Of a stretch of DNA of 50,746 nt, positions 38,257 to 47,644 are shown in pieces. The notes under the pieces were generated by a model. That model saw only the letters and a program-made list of their open reading frames with translations. It was not told where the DNA came from and searched no databases. A program made the translations under genes and the position numbers. Each line of letters begins with the position of its first letter. The stretch's first letter is position 1. Origin of the DNA: Vampirovibrionales bacterium (GTDB lineage: Bacteria; Cyanobacteriota; Vampirovibrionia; Vampirovibrionales; JAJTHC01); contig CANGYO010000001.1 in the NCBI GenBank assembly GCA_947458095.1, positions 72,414 to 123,159 on the forward strand, read 5' to 3'.

Positions 38257-39135
38257 ATGTTCAAACACTTATTTTCATTCGTTGGCGTGGTGTTACTTTC
38301 GGCCTTAATGGTCGGCGTCAGTGCTTCTGCGTGGGGAGCCGACTATAAAGGGGAGTATAAACGCCCCCCCAACCCCGAAACGGATCCTAAAGCCACCCTC
38401 GTTTTAGCTGTTGAACCCCAACACAAAGACGCCAAAGCCTACGGCGACTTAGGCACGCTTATTGGCGGGGTGCTGACTCGCAATTTAGCCCTTGCCTTAA
38501 AGGGGCAAGGCAAGCAGTCGTATTTGTCGCCGTTGCAAGCCACCGAAGCCTATCGTATTGGCAATAAGCTCAATGAGCAAGCTCGATTTTTAAGCAAAAT
38601 GAACAGTAAAGCCAATTTCGGCATTACCGATATGAAGGGCTTAAATAGTGCCTTGTGTAAAACCTACAAAGAACTCTGTGCGTCGTCATCCCTAGCGTTT
38701 ACAGGGGTGGATCGGGTCTTGGTGGTACGAGCCGACTTAGATTTTACCCGTCCGTACCGTCCGCCGTCTCGCTGGAAACGTATTACCAGCTGGTTTGAAG
38801 GTAATTTAAACGAAGAAGCCATGGGCTATGTGGATGTGGACATTCAGCGTTTTGACCGCAGTTCAACAGGTCTGTATCAAGTCGTGCATCAGTGGCAGGG
38901 CGAGTTTCGCTTGCCGACCGATCGCATGGTGGGTGCCACGCTTTCCGTCTATGACGAGCCTTCCGCCAATACATGGGTGAGTCGTTTGGGGCATGAGGTC
39001 TTTCAGGAATACTGGAAAGCCACGGCTCAAGATTATGGGGTGATTCGCAATGTGAATCCCATAAATAAGTTGAAGGTTCCGCCGAAAGAGGCGTGGGATT
39101 TGGATGAGTCGAAGTTTGAGTCCTATCACAAGTAG
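38257..39135 (+). CDS. Secreted hypothetical protein
   Basis: Signal peptide MFKHLFSFVGVVLLSALMVGVSASAWG; no recognised domain. Confidence 0.75.
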   Translation: MFKHLFSFVGVVLLSALMVGVSASAWGADYKGEYKRPPNPETDPKATLVLAVEPQHKDAKAYGDLGTLIGGVLTRNLALALKGQGKQSYLSPLQATEAYRIGNKLNEQARFLSKMNSKANFGITDMKGLNSALCKTYKELCASSSLAFTGVDRVLVVRADLDFTRPYRPPSRWKRITSWFEGNLNEEAMGYVDVDIQRFDRSSTGLYQVVHQWQGEFRLPTDRMVGATLSVYDEPSANTWVSRLGHEVFQEYWKATAQDYGVIRNVNPINKLKVPPKEAWDLDESKFESYHK

Positions 39136-39141
39136 GGGTAA

Positions 39142-39376
39142 TTTCCGACACACGAAAGGCGATTTCTGGCACACAAAACCCTCGTTCTTGTCACACGAAA
39201 CCTGCTTTTTTGACACATAAAACCTTTGTTTCTGACACACGAAACCCTGTTTTTGGGGATCCTTCACATGCGTTCAGGATGACGAGTTCAAGTGTGGTCT
39301 TCAATTTTCAAGGGACTACTCTTTTTTATTGTGACACGTTTTCAACGTGTCGCCTAGTGCTGAAAACCCACGTTTT
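39142..39376. repeat. R4 composite: five 22-bp tandem units, right half of a REP, conserved tail
   Basis: Unit G positions 39147, 39168, 39190, 39212, 39234; then gatccttcacatgcgttcaggatgacg and a tail shared with 50364-50482. Confidence 0.88.
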
Positions 39377-39394
39377 ATAGAAGGAAGTGAGTTT

Positions 39395-39473
39395 CGTCAT
39401 TGCGAGTGAAACGAAGCAACCTGTAAACCAATGCGACGTTTCTACAGATTGCCACGCTACGCTCGCAATGACG
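39395..39473. repeat. R3 REP-like palindrome
   Basis: cgtcattgcgagtgaaacgaagcaac...gattgccacgctacgctcgcaatgacg, nearly identical to 34839-34918. Confidence 0.88.
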
Positions 39474-39499
39474 TTGGATTATTCCATAGTCTTTTTGTT

Positions 39500-39527
39500 T
39501 TTATAAACGAATGTAACAATTTATCAA
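39500..39527. promoter_or_regulatory. HLR1-like direct repeats upstream of the EF-hand orphan
   Basis: TTTATAAA-cg-AATGTAAC-aa-TTTATCAA at an exact 10-bp period (1, 0 and 2 mismatches). Confidence 0.4.
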
Positions 39528-39627
39528 TTTGGGGGTGACGGGAACCTTTATTAAGGCACAACCGCTTTCAAGAAAAAGCGAATCCCCTTTTGTTCACCCC
39601 CCCCTAACCCCAGAGAGAATATAAATA

Positions 39628-40689
39628 ATGACTAACTTTTTAACGAATATTTTAGGTGCTATTACTGGTGCTAACCCAGCAAAGAAAGAACCAAAGACCG
39701 AAACCACCAAAACAGAAACAGAAGAAGCTAAAAGACTAACAGAAGCTTATCAAGGTGCCGCCACATACATTGTCGATGAATTTGGTACAGGATCAAAATT
39801 AAATCGAAAAGCTCTTCAAGAATCTTCACTTTTAACAGGTGTCAATAAAACTAATAAAGCTAAAGTAGCTGAATTTTTAGGAACTCTTTCGATGACAGAA
39901 GTTGCTAAACTACTTAGATCCGCCGATAATAATAGAGATGGCAAAGTAACCCCTCAAGAACGTGCGAGGTTCATGAATGGTTTGGTTGCTCAAATTGAAA
40001 ATGGAGCAAGTCCCGAACGGATTCAAGCTGGCATCAATGCCAAATTTCTTAAAAACGGTGGCGAGGTCCCTGATGCTAAAAGAAAAGAATGGATCGCCGA
40101 ATTCAAGGAATTCGACATTCCTGAATCCGCTTACACGCCTAAAAAAGCCACCAAAGAAACAGACCCTGCAAACGATCCGCCAAACTTCGACTTTGAAAGT
40201 CTTGCGGGACTGATAACGCCTTTAATAAACAAGAAGTATGAGACGTCTTCCACAGAAAAGAATGTTAATCAGGCTTCGATAAATACTCAAAAGTTGAAGG
40301 ATTTACAAGCACAACAACAAATCTTATTAAGTCAAGCTTCGACTTTAACGCCTTCCTTGGGTATGCCAAATACTTTAGGCACAATCCCTACTTTACCCAC
40401 GCCTACCCTAGCAGACTTCTTGCAACCTCCCCTACTCGCAGGAGGCAATAGCTTTCCAACCGCAATGCCTGCTCAAACAACCTTTGCTCAACCTTTGGCA
40501 CAACAGCAACCGTTTACCTTCGCTCCAGCCCCTGTTGCACCAGTACAACCGTTTGCCTATACGCCACCAGCTCAAATGGCTCCAGTTCAGTTGTCTACAG
40601 CATGGATGCCTCAAGCCACTGTCGCACAAGCTCAAGTCCCTGTCGCACCAAACTTGGTCGCACAAGCACAAAGCAACGGCGGTTGGTAA
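39628..40689 (+). CDS. Hypothetical protein with an EF-hand loop and a Pro/Ala/Gln-rich tail
   Basis: DNNRDGKVTPQE is a canonical 12-residue EF-hand loop. Low-complexity C-terminus, no Sec signal. Confidence 0.8.
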   Translation: MTNFLTNILGAITGANPAKKEPKTETTKTETEEAKRLTEAYQGAATYIVDEFGTGSKLNRKALQESSLLTGVNKTNKAKVAEFLGTLSMTEVAKLLRSADNNRDGKVTPQERARFMNGLVAQIENGASPERIQAGINAKFLKNGGEVPDAKRKEWIAEFKEFDIPESAYTPKKATKETDPANDPPNFDFESLAGLITPLINKKYETSSTEKNVNQASINTQKLKDLQAQQQILLSQASTLTPSLGMPNTLGTIPTLPTPTLADFLQPPLLAGGNSFPTAMPAQTTFAQPLAQQQPFTFAPAPVAPVQPFAYTPPAQMAPVQLSTAWMPQATVAQAQVPVAPNLVAQAQSNGGW

Positions 40690-40714
40690 TCTCGCTCATC
40701 CCCGAATCTCGCAG

Positions 40715-40743
40715 ACGCCTCTTTACTGAACAAGAGGCGTTTT
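40715..40743 (+). terminator. Intrinsic terminator
   Basis: acgcctctt...aagaggcgt followed by T residues. Confidence 0.7.
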
Positions 40744-40799
40744 GCCTTGTCTATTTAACGCTTTCATACGATAATAAACGCATCGTTGTGTGAAAGGAA

Positions 40800-42899
40800 A
40801 TGCCCATGTCTAACCACGCTTTTTTTGAAATCGGATGCGAAGAACTCCCTGCTGGCTTTTTAGCCACCGTGCAGAACGCCTTAACTCAAGCCCTTGAAAA
40901 ACGCTTAGAAGCGGTTGGACTTGCCGACACAGCCATTCACATCGAAAAAACGCCTCGTCGCTTGGTCATTCGCCTAAACGGCTTGCCTGAAACGCAAGCT
41001 GAACGTAACGACGTCATTAAAGGCCCGCCTGTTCAAGTCGCCTTCGACGCAGACGGCTCCCCCAGTAAAGCCCTCGACGGCTTTTTACGCAAAAACAACG
41101 CCACTTTCGACGCCTGCGTACAAGAAGACATCGGCGGGACTCACTATGTGGTTTTGCATCAACGTCATGCAGGGCAGGCCGTTAAAGATCTTATCGGATC
41201 GCTTGTGTTGGATGCGGTACTATCGATTGAAGGCCCTCGCTTTATGCGATGGGCGAACAATACACGCCTTTTCCCTCGCCCCATTCGCTGGTTGCTCGCC
41301 TTTTGGAATGACGAGCGTCTGCCTCTTTCCCTTGATTTAGGGGATGATACCCTCGTTTCTGGCAATAGCACGCGTGGGCATCGCTTGCTAGGGCAAGCCG
41401 ACATTGTGGTGGATTCGCCTGCGGATTATGACGCCAAACTGGCGTCCTTAGGCAAGGTGATTTTATCCACCGAAGCACGCATGGCAACGGTGAAAGAACA
41501 ACTCGCCGAAGTCGCCAAAGGCATCGGTGGTGTGGCGATTGTGGATGACGAACTGCTCGAAGAAGTGGCGAACATCTTGGAATACCCCAGTGTCATTGTG
41601 GGACGATTTGACGCCAGCTATTTAAAAATCCCCAAGCCTGTTCTCATCACGGTGATGAAGGCTCATCAACGCTACTTCCCTGTGGAAAGTGAATCTGGCG
41701 AACTCTTGCCTTACTTCTTGGTCGCCACCAATGGAGACGTCCGCTTTGCCAAGAACATCATCGCAGGCAACGAACGTGTCTTGGTCGCCCGCTTTGAAGA
41801 TGCCAAGTTCTTCTATGAAGAAGATATCAAAACCCCATTAGAAGACCGTCTCACCGCCTTAGACGGCGTGACCTTCCAAAAAGGTCTAGGTTCCCTTAAA
41901 GCCAAAACCCAGCGGATCCAACGCTTGAGCTACGCTTTTGCCGAAGCTTTAGCCGTGGATGCCGACACACGTCAAGCGGTGGAACGTGCGTCGTTACTGT
42001 GTAAAACCGATTTGGTCACCTCGATGGTCTTTGAACTGACGGAACTTCAAGGCGAAGTGGGCATGTATTACGCCTTGCAACAGGGGGAGTCTCCTACTGT
42101 AGCTACCGCCATTTTTGAGCATTACCTGCCTCGTTTTCAAGGCGATGCCTTGCCTGAATCGCCCACAGGACTCATCATCAGCCTTGCCGACAAGCTCGAT
42201 ACTTTGGTCGCCTTATTCAGCCAAAGCAAAACGAAAATGCCCAGTGGATCCAAAGATCCCTTAGGCTTGCGTCGTTTGGTCAACGGCGTCTTATTGAGTA
42301 TTTTGGCGTTTAACCTTCACAATAATTTACAGGTCTGGTGTCAACATAGCTATGAAAACTTGGGCGATTTGGCTCAAGAATCGTGGGATGCCACGTGGCA
42401 ACGTACCAGAGGCTTTATGCAACAGCGTTTGGCGTCTTACCTACAAGAACAAGGCTATAGTGTGGATCTCATCCAGTCGGTGCAAGCCAGCTTTAGTCCG
42501 TGGGACGACCTACCCTTGTTTGTGGCGAAACTCGACAACCTGAAAGTCAAGCGAGAGGATGCTCCCGACTTATTCGATGCCTTGTACACGCCTGCCAATC
42601 GCATCGACAAAATGATCGCCAAGCATTACAATCCGCAAGCGACCTTGGCGAAGGTGGAAGAATCCTTGCTCGAATCGGATGCGGAGCGTGCCTTGTATCA
42701 CGCCGCGAATAAAGCCTTAACTCAAAATAGTACGGTAGCCATGGCGGAGCTTGCTCCACTGGTGGAACGCTTTTTTGAAGACGTCATGGTGATGAGTGAG
42801 AATCCTGCGATCCGTCAAAACCGCTTGGATTTATTGTCTGCCTTGCACACGGCGTATCTGCAACGCTATGGTCGTTTGAGTTTGCTCGTTTTGGCTTAG
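40800..42899 (+). CDS. glyS: Glycine--tRNA ligase beta subunit
   Basis: EIGCEELP, TPRRL, KGPP, RPIRWL, GNERVL.AR, ELQG and GSKDPLGLRR motifs. Confidence 0.96.
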   Translation: MPMSNHAFFEIGCEELPAGFLATVQNALTQALEKRLEAVGLADTAIHIEKTPRRLVIRLNGLPETQAERNDVIKGPPVQVAFDADGSPSKALDGFLRKNNATFDACVQEDIGGTHYVVLHQRHAGQAVKDLIGSLVLDAVLSIEGPRFMRWANNTRLFPRPIRWLLAFWNDERLPLSLDLGDDTLVSGNSTRGHRLLGQADIVVDSPADYDAKLASLGKVILSTEARMATVKEQLAEVAKGIGGVAIVDDELLEEVANILEYPSVIVGRFDASYLKIPKPVLITVMKAHQRYFPVESESGELLPYFLVATNGDVRFAKNIIAGNERVLVARFEDAKFFYEEDIKTPLEDRLTALDGVTFQKGLGSLKAKTQRIQRLSYAFAEALAVDADTRQAVERASLLCKTDLVTSMVFELTELQGEVGMYYALQQGESPTVATAIFEHYLPRFQGDALPESPTGLIISLADKLDTLVALFSQSKTKMPSGSKDPLGLRRLVNGVLLSILAFNLHNNLQVWCQHSYENLGDLAQESWDATWQRTRGFMQQRLASYLQEQGYSVDLIQSVQASFSPWDDLPLFVAKLDNLKVKREDAPDLFDALYTPANRIDKMIAKHYNPQATLAKVEESLLESDAERALYHAANKALTQNSTVAMAELAPLVERFFEDVMVMSENPAIRQNRLDLLSALHTAYLQRYGRLSLLVLA

Positions 42900-42925
42900 T
42901 TTTTACAAATTGTAAAGCGTAAAGG

Positions 42926-42954
42926 TTGACAGTTAAACATTTATTTGTCATACT
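42926..42954 (+). promoter_or_regulatory. Toxin-antitoxin promoter with an overlapping palindromic operator
   Basis: TTGACA-17 bp-CATACT. The palindrome TGACAgtTAAAcaTTTAttTGTCA spans the spacer. Confidence 0.7.
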
Positions 42955-42974
42955 AAATACTATGGATACTACAA

Positions 42975-43247
42975 ATGGCTCAAGTCCACGTCACCAGTAA
43001 GGCGAATAAGCAACTGCTGAAAGCCCCACACCATGTACAAAATAAGTTTCGTGGTTGGCGAGATGCCGTTCAAACCGTCGGTTTGTTAAGCGTAAGACGC
43101 AGTGTTGGATTCCACGACGAACCCTTAAAAGGGGATCGGCAAGGGCAACGATCCATACGACTCAATAAACAATGGCGTACCATTTATCAAGAAATGAACG
43201 GTGTGCTTGAAGTCATCGTTTTGGAGGTAACCCCACATGACTACTAA
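42975..43247 (+). CDS. RelE-superfamily (HigB-like) mRNA interferase toxin
   Basis: 90 aa; HDEPLKG..GQRSIRLNKQWR and a C-terminal HDY; overlaps the HTH gene. Confidence 0.85.
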   Translation: MAQVHVTSKANKQLLKAPHHVQNKFRGWRDAVQTVGLLSVRRSVGFHDEPLKGDRQGQRSIRLNKQWRTIYQEMNGVLEVIVLEVTPHDY

Positions 43248-43569
43248 TGAAGACAATACCATTATCGATTTTGACGTAACACCTGAACAAAAAGCGTGGA
43301 TCTTAAATCGTACGCTGGGTTCAGAAATTAGAACATGGCGTGAATGCGAAGCATGGAGCCTTGAACAAGCCGCACAAAAACTAGGCATTAGCCGACAAGC
43401 CTTGCATCAATACGAAACAGGCAAAAAACTACCGAGCGTGGAACAAACCATACGGCTTGCGGAAGGCTTAGGTGCCGTGCCTGAAATGTGGCTGGTGTAC
43501 CGTATTGAAACCGAATTAAAAGCAGTAGGCTATGCCGTAGATAGTTTCAAAATCCATAAAGCCAGTTAA
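43237..43569 (+). CDS. XRE-family HTH antitoxin (HigA-like)
   Basis: WSLEQAAQKLGISRQALHQYETGKKLPS. Confidence 0.85.
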   Translation: MTTNEDNTIIDFDVTPEQKAWILNRTLGSEIRTWRECEAWSLEQAAQKLGISRQALHQYETGKKLPSVEQTIRLAEGLGAVPEMWLVYRIETELKAVGYAVDSFKIHKAS

Positions 43570-43570
43570 T

Positions 43571-43921
43571 TATACTTTTTAGATAAAAGTGTTAATTTAA
43601 AGAATCGTTGCACAAGCCGACGTCCAAGCACTAAATCCGAGCGGGTGAGCGAACTGCGAATCCCCGAGCGATTTTGCGGACGTCCCACGAGTAGAAAGTG
43701 GAGCAAGCGAAAAGGATGAGAAAGGGGGTGGATTTTTAAGGAGGGGGAAAGAGAAGGAGAGCCGCAACAATTTCCTTTTCTTTCCCCCTCCTTGAATCGC
43801 CTTTGGAGGTTTGGAGGCTTTTGGCGACGCAAAAGTCTCCAAGCACCAGCGTTAAACGGAGCTAAAAACCACAAAATAGACAATCTTAAAAAAAATCACT
43901 TCTTAATTACAAAACACTATA
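43571..43921. repeat. R2 large structured repeat, copy 1
   Basis: The core from 43606 is shared with 45966 and 50564 and contains three hairpin domains. Confidence 0.9.
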
Positions 43922-45835
43922 CTATACACGAGGGATAATGACATCAAAGCGTGTACCGACGTTCACGCTACTATGCACATCAATTCGCCCCCGATGCTTT
44001 TCCACAATACGGAAGCACAACGCCAGCCCCAAGCCTGTGCCTACCCCACGGCTCTTGGTCGTAAAGCCGGGATCAAACAACTTGCTCAAGTTTTCTTCAA
44101 GAATACCCTTGCCGTTGTCCACCACAGAAACTTGCAAGCAATCGCCTAAGGCTACATCTTCCACCAACTGCGTTTCAATGCGTAAAATGGGGTTGTCTCG
44201 CCCTTCAAGGGCATGCGTGGCATTCACCATCAAGTTCATAAACACTTGATTCAACAAACCAGGGAAGCACTTGAGTAAGGCATTTTGCCTGTCATACCCT
44301 CGTTCGATGACCAAATTGTGTTGCAAGGAATGCTTCATCAAGAGCAAAGTGCTTTCTAGCCCTTCGTGGATGTCCACGGTTTTTAGCTCGCTTTCATCCA
44401 AGCGGGCAAAATTGCGGAGGTTGACGACCGTATCTTTAATACGTTCGCCTGCCAGACGATTCAGGCTTAAAATATCGCTCGCCATTTTAAGGTACTTCGC
44501 TTCAGGCAAGGTTTGCGTATTGAACTTGTCTAATACTTTTTCAAGGGTCTGCGTATTCGCCATAATCGTGCCTAAGGGCGTGTTGACTTCGTGAGCAATC
44601 CCAGCGACAAATTGACCAAGCATCGCCATTTTTTCAGATTGCACCAAGTGCATTTGCGTTTGTTGCAATTCATCAAGCGTGTGAGTGAGGGCATCTTTTT
44701 GGGCGTTGATTTTACTAAACAATTGAGCTTGCGTCATCGCCAACCCCAACTGCTCGCTTAAGGCGGACAGCATCTCCTTGTCTTCAGTCAACCAAACTCG
44801 TACCTTGTTGCACTGATGCAAGCTAATCGAACCGACCCATTCTTTATTCGTGACAATCGGCACAACCGCCAACGACTGCAACTGATTTTCATCATAAAAG
44901 GCTTTGCTTGCCATCCAGCCTTCGTGGAAGGGTTTGCCGTCTTGAAAGAAGAAAAAGGGCTTGAGTTGATTGTGCAAGACCTCTTCAGGGATGGTTTGAC
45001 GCGTTAAGACCTGCCATTCAAACCCATAAGGATGCGTATAGTGAGGATTGGCTCGGTACGCCCCTGTGCCTGCTAGGGTATAACTATACGGCGTGCTTTC
45101 AGGAATCTTGGCTTGAGACGCATCCAGTGCTTGATTGAGGGGGATCGGTTCATTAAAGGCGTGAATGGTGCATCGGCTGACGCCCAAGACTTGCCCCACT
45201 TCATTGGCGGCGGTTTTCAAAATCTGCGTTAACTCTAAACTTTGGCGGATTTTCACACTCAAGTGATTCATCAAAAATTGACGCCCCATTAAAATCTGCA
45301 TATCGCTGTACAAACGGGCTTGTTCAAGGGCAAGTGCCAGTAAAGGCAAACCCACTTCAAGCAAGCTTTGCTCTTCAGGGGTGAAGGCTTCAAAGCGTTC
45401 TTGACGGTTCATCACCAAAATGCCCACAGGCTGACGTTTGGTGAACACAGGGTAGACCAAGGCGTGGCATCGATAGTTGGGTAGTAAAACACTCGCAGGG
45501 TTTTCTTCAGGCTTGAGAAAAAACGGCGTGTTGCGGTAACTCAACAAGGGTTCCAGCAAGGGGTCGGTGCCTGTATAGCGATGATGCTCGCTTTGCGTGT
45601 CCGCAAAGCCGTCGCTGTCAATGTGAATCACTCTGCCGATGCCTTGTAAGTTCGGGGCAAGAATGGCGAGGGTTAAGCCGTCAAACTGAAAGAAGTCTCG
45701 TAAGACTAAGCCAATGGCATCGAAAATGTCGTCTTGCAGAACGCTGGTATTCACGGCAAGGCTGAGGCGTTGCAATAACGCCAAGTTGCGAGTCGTTTCG
45801 GTTTCAGACGTGGGGGAAGGTGATAGTTCCGACAT
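43922..45835 (-). CDS. Cytoplasmic tandem-GAF sensor histidine kinase
   Basis: Two GAF-like domains; QSEKMAMLGQFVAGIAHEVNTP H-box, NQVFMNLMVNA, DNGKG and GTGLGL motifs. Confidence 0.92.
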   Translation of the reverse strand: MSELSPSPTSETETTRNLALLQRLSLAVNTSVLQDDIFDAIGLVLRDFFQFDGLTLAILAPNLQGIGRVIHIDSDGFADTQSEHHRYTGTDPLLEPLLSYRNTPFFLKPEENPASVLLPNYRCHALVYPVFTKRQPVGILVMNRQERFEAFTPEEQSLLEVGLPLLALALEQARLYSDMQILMGRQFLMNHLSVKIRQSLELTQILKTAANEVGQVLGVSRCTIHAFNEPIPLNQALDASQAKIPESTPYSYTLAGTGAYRANPHYTHPYGFEWQVLTRQTIPEEVLHNQLKPFFFFQDGKPFHEGWMASKAFYDENQLQSLAVVPIVTNKEWVGSISLHQCNKVRVWLTEDKEMLSALSEQLGLAMTQAQLFSKINAQKDALTHTLDELQQTQMHLVQSEKMAMLGQFVAGIAHEVNTPLGTIMANTQTLEKVLDKFNTQTLPEAKYLKMASDILSLNRLAGERIKDTVVNLRNFARLDESELKTVDIHEGLESTLLLMKHSLQHNLVIERGYDRQNALLKCFPGLLNQVFMNLMVNATHALEGRDNPILRIETQLVEDVALGDCLQVSVVDNGKGILEENLSKLFDPGFTTKSRGVGTGLGLALCFRIVEKHRGRIDVHSSVNVGTRFDVIIPRV

Positions 45836-45960
45836 GGCAACTTTCTACAAAATTAGAGATACTTATTTAGTATTATGGCGGAAAGGCGTATTTTTATCAA
45901 GGCTTCTCCTGCATTAAGGCGATTGTCGAAGATGATAGAGCGATTTCAAGTTGTGATGGT

Positions 45961-46277
45961 TAAACCGTTGCACAAGCAGGCGTCCAAGCACTAAATCCGA
46001 GCGGGTGAGCGAATTGCGAATCCCCGAGCGATTTTGCGGACGTCGTGGCAAGGAATGATGCGACGAGGTGGGTCAAAAGGGGGAGGATTTTCAAGGAGGG
46101 GGAAATGAGGGAGGAGAAACGCAATGCGTCCTTCCTTCCCCCTCCTTGAACCGCCTTTGGGGGTTTGGGGAGTCTTTGGCGGAGCAAAGACCCCCAAGCA
46201 CCAGCTCAACACGGAGCTAGAAATCCAAAAAAACAGGGGATTTTAAACATACCACTTCTTTAATATAAAACACTATA
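45961..46277. repeat. R2 large structured repeat, copy 2
   Basis: Same orientation and layout as copy 1; ends cacttcttaatataaaacactata. Confidence 0.9.
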
Positions 46278-46341
46278 AGTTCTACCCTTTTTTGATATTT
46301 ACACTATACTAAAAGGGTCGTTAACATCTAAAGGATGCCCT

Positions 46342-47304
46342 ATGCTTGCTACGAATCCAACACCCCCTATACGCTTGGCTGTTGTGGGTGCTGGCTATTG
46401 GGGCAAGAACCTCATTCGCAATTTTGACGCCCTTGGGCATTTGCACACCATTTGCGATGCCCGCCCCGATGCACTGGCTCATTTCCAAGCCGAATACCCC
46501 CACATCACAGGTGAGCTTTCCTTTGAAGCGGTGCTGGCTAACCCTGACATTGATGCCGTCGTACTCGCGACGCCGTCTTTAACGCACTACCCCTTAGGCA
46601 AGCAAGTTCTTGAAGCAGGCAAGCATTTGTATGTGGAAAAACCCCTCGCTACCACGCTTGCGGATGCTCAAGACTTGGTACAAGTGGCACAACGCCATCA
46701 AAAAACACTCATGGTGGGGCATTTGCTGATGTATCACCCAGCCATTAACCGAGTCAAGCAAGTCATTGATTCGGGTGTTTTGGGCGACTTACGCTACATT
46801 CAAAGCGACCGATTGAATTACAATCACGGACGAAACGACCGCAACGTGTTTTGGGATTTAGCCCCGCATGATCTTTCCGTATTGATCTACTTAATGAACG
46901 GTGAAGTGCCACACGTTAAAGCGGTCACCGCTCAAAATACGTCAGCGGTCGACGAGAAAATCGATCTCGTGCAAGCGTCTTTTCAGTTTCAAAACGGTGT
47001 TGTGGCTCATTTACAAACGAGTTGGATGTATCCGAAAAAGCAGGTGCAATTGTTGGTGGTGGGGACAAAAGCGTCTTTAATTTTGGATGATACCTTGCCT
47101 TTGGCGAATCGCTTGGTGCAAGTGCATTTCGATGAAGCAGGCCATCGACAGGAAAAGGTGGTGGACTACTTGCCTTTAGAGCCGTTACGTTTGGAATGCC
47201 AGCATTTTGTCAATGCCTTAGCAGGCGGTTGGCAACCGCAGTCGGATGACCAGAATGGGTTGGCGGTTGTGGAAGTCTTAGAGAACGTCCAACAATTTTT
47301 GTAG
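46342..47304 (+). CDS. Gfo/Idh/MocA-family oxidoreductase
   Basis: VGAGYWG, VEKP, MVGH and DLAPHD motifs. Confidence 0.92.
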   Translation: MLATNPTPPIRLAVVGAGYWGKNLIRNFDALGHLHTICDARPDALAHFQAEYPHITGELSFEAVLANPDIDAVVLATPSLTHYPLGKQVLEAGKHLYVEKPLATTLADAQDLVQVAQRHQKTLMVGHLLMYHPAINRVKQVIDSGVLGDLRYIQSDRLNYNHGRNDRNVFWDLAPHDLSVLIYLMNGEVPHVKAVTAQNTSAVDEKIDLVQASFQFQNGVVAHLQTSWMYPKKQVQLLVVGTKASLILDDTLPLANRLVQVHFDEAGHRQEKVVDYLPLEPLRLECQHFVNALAGGWQPQSDDQNGLAVVEVLENVQQFL

Positions 47305-47571
47305 AAAGCTCTGCGAAAGTCAAAAAAGCCTCTTACTCCCTCCCCTTTAAGGGGAGGAAAACAACCTTTCTCATTCACGAAGTGAATCTTCCCCTTTAGG
47401 AAGGAGAGGTTGGGAGAGGAAACCAACGGTTTTCTTTCCCAAGAGAAAAAGTTTACTTTTTCGACCATGTTGGGGTGGGGAGTAGATGTAAACACTGGAT
47501 TCTAGGCATCCCCCCCTCTCGTGAGCCTCACTCCTCAAGGAGAGGGAACAGGACTTTCGCAGAGACTTCTA
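47302..47571. mobile_element. MITE family R5 (270 bp) with CCCCT/AGGGG hairpins
   Basis: TIR tagaaagctctgcgaaagtc / gactttcgcagagacttcta (18/20 match). Its first three bases are the TAG stop of the upstream gene. Confidence 0.8.
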
Positions 47572-47644
47572 TGGACAAAAATGGCATGAGTAAAAGTCCA
47601 AAATGCTTCAAGATCATGACGAGCAGGATTTTATAGACGGCTTC

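Noticed and set aside
38863-39267. Cys/Lys-rich ORFs over the 22-bp arrays (also 49982-50410 and 50116-50301)
   Set aside because: They are by-products of a repeat whose period is not a multiple of 3, and they overlap real genes on the opposite strand.
43566-46212. Similar small minus-strand ORFs at 43566-43883, 43597-43842, 45960-46187 and 45991-46212
   Set aside because: They lie within R2 copies. Starts, lengths and frames differ between copies, whereas base pairing is conserved.
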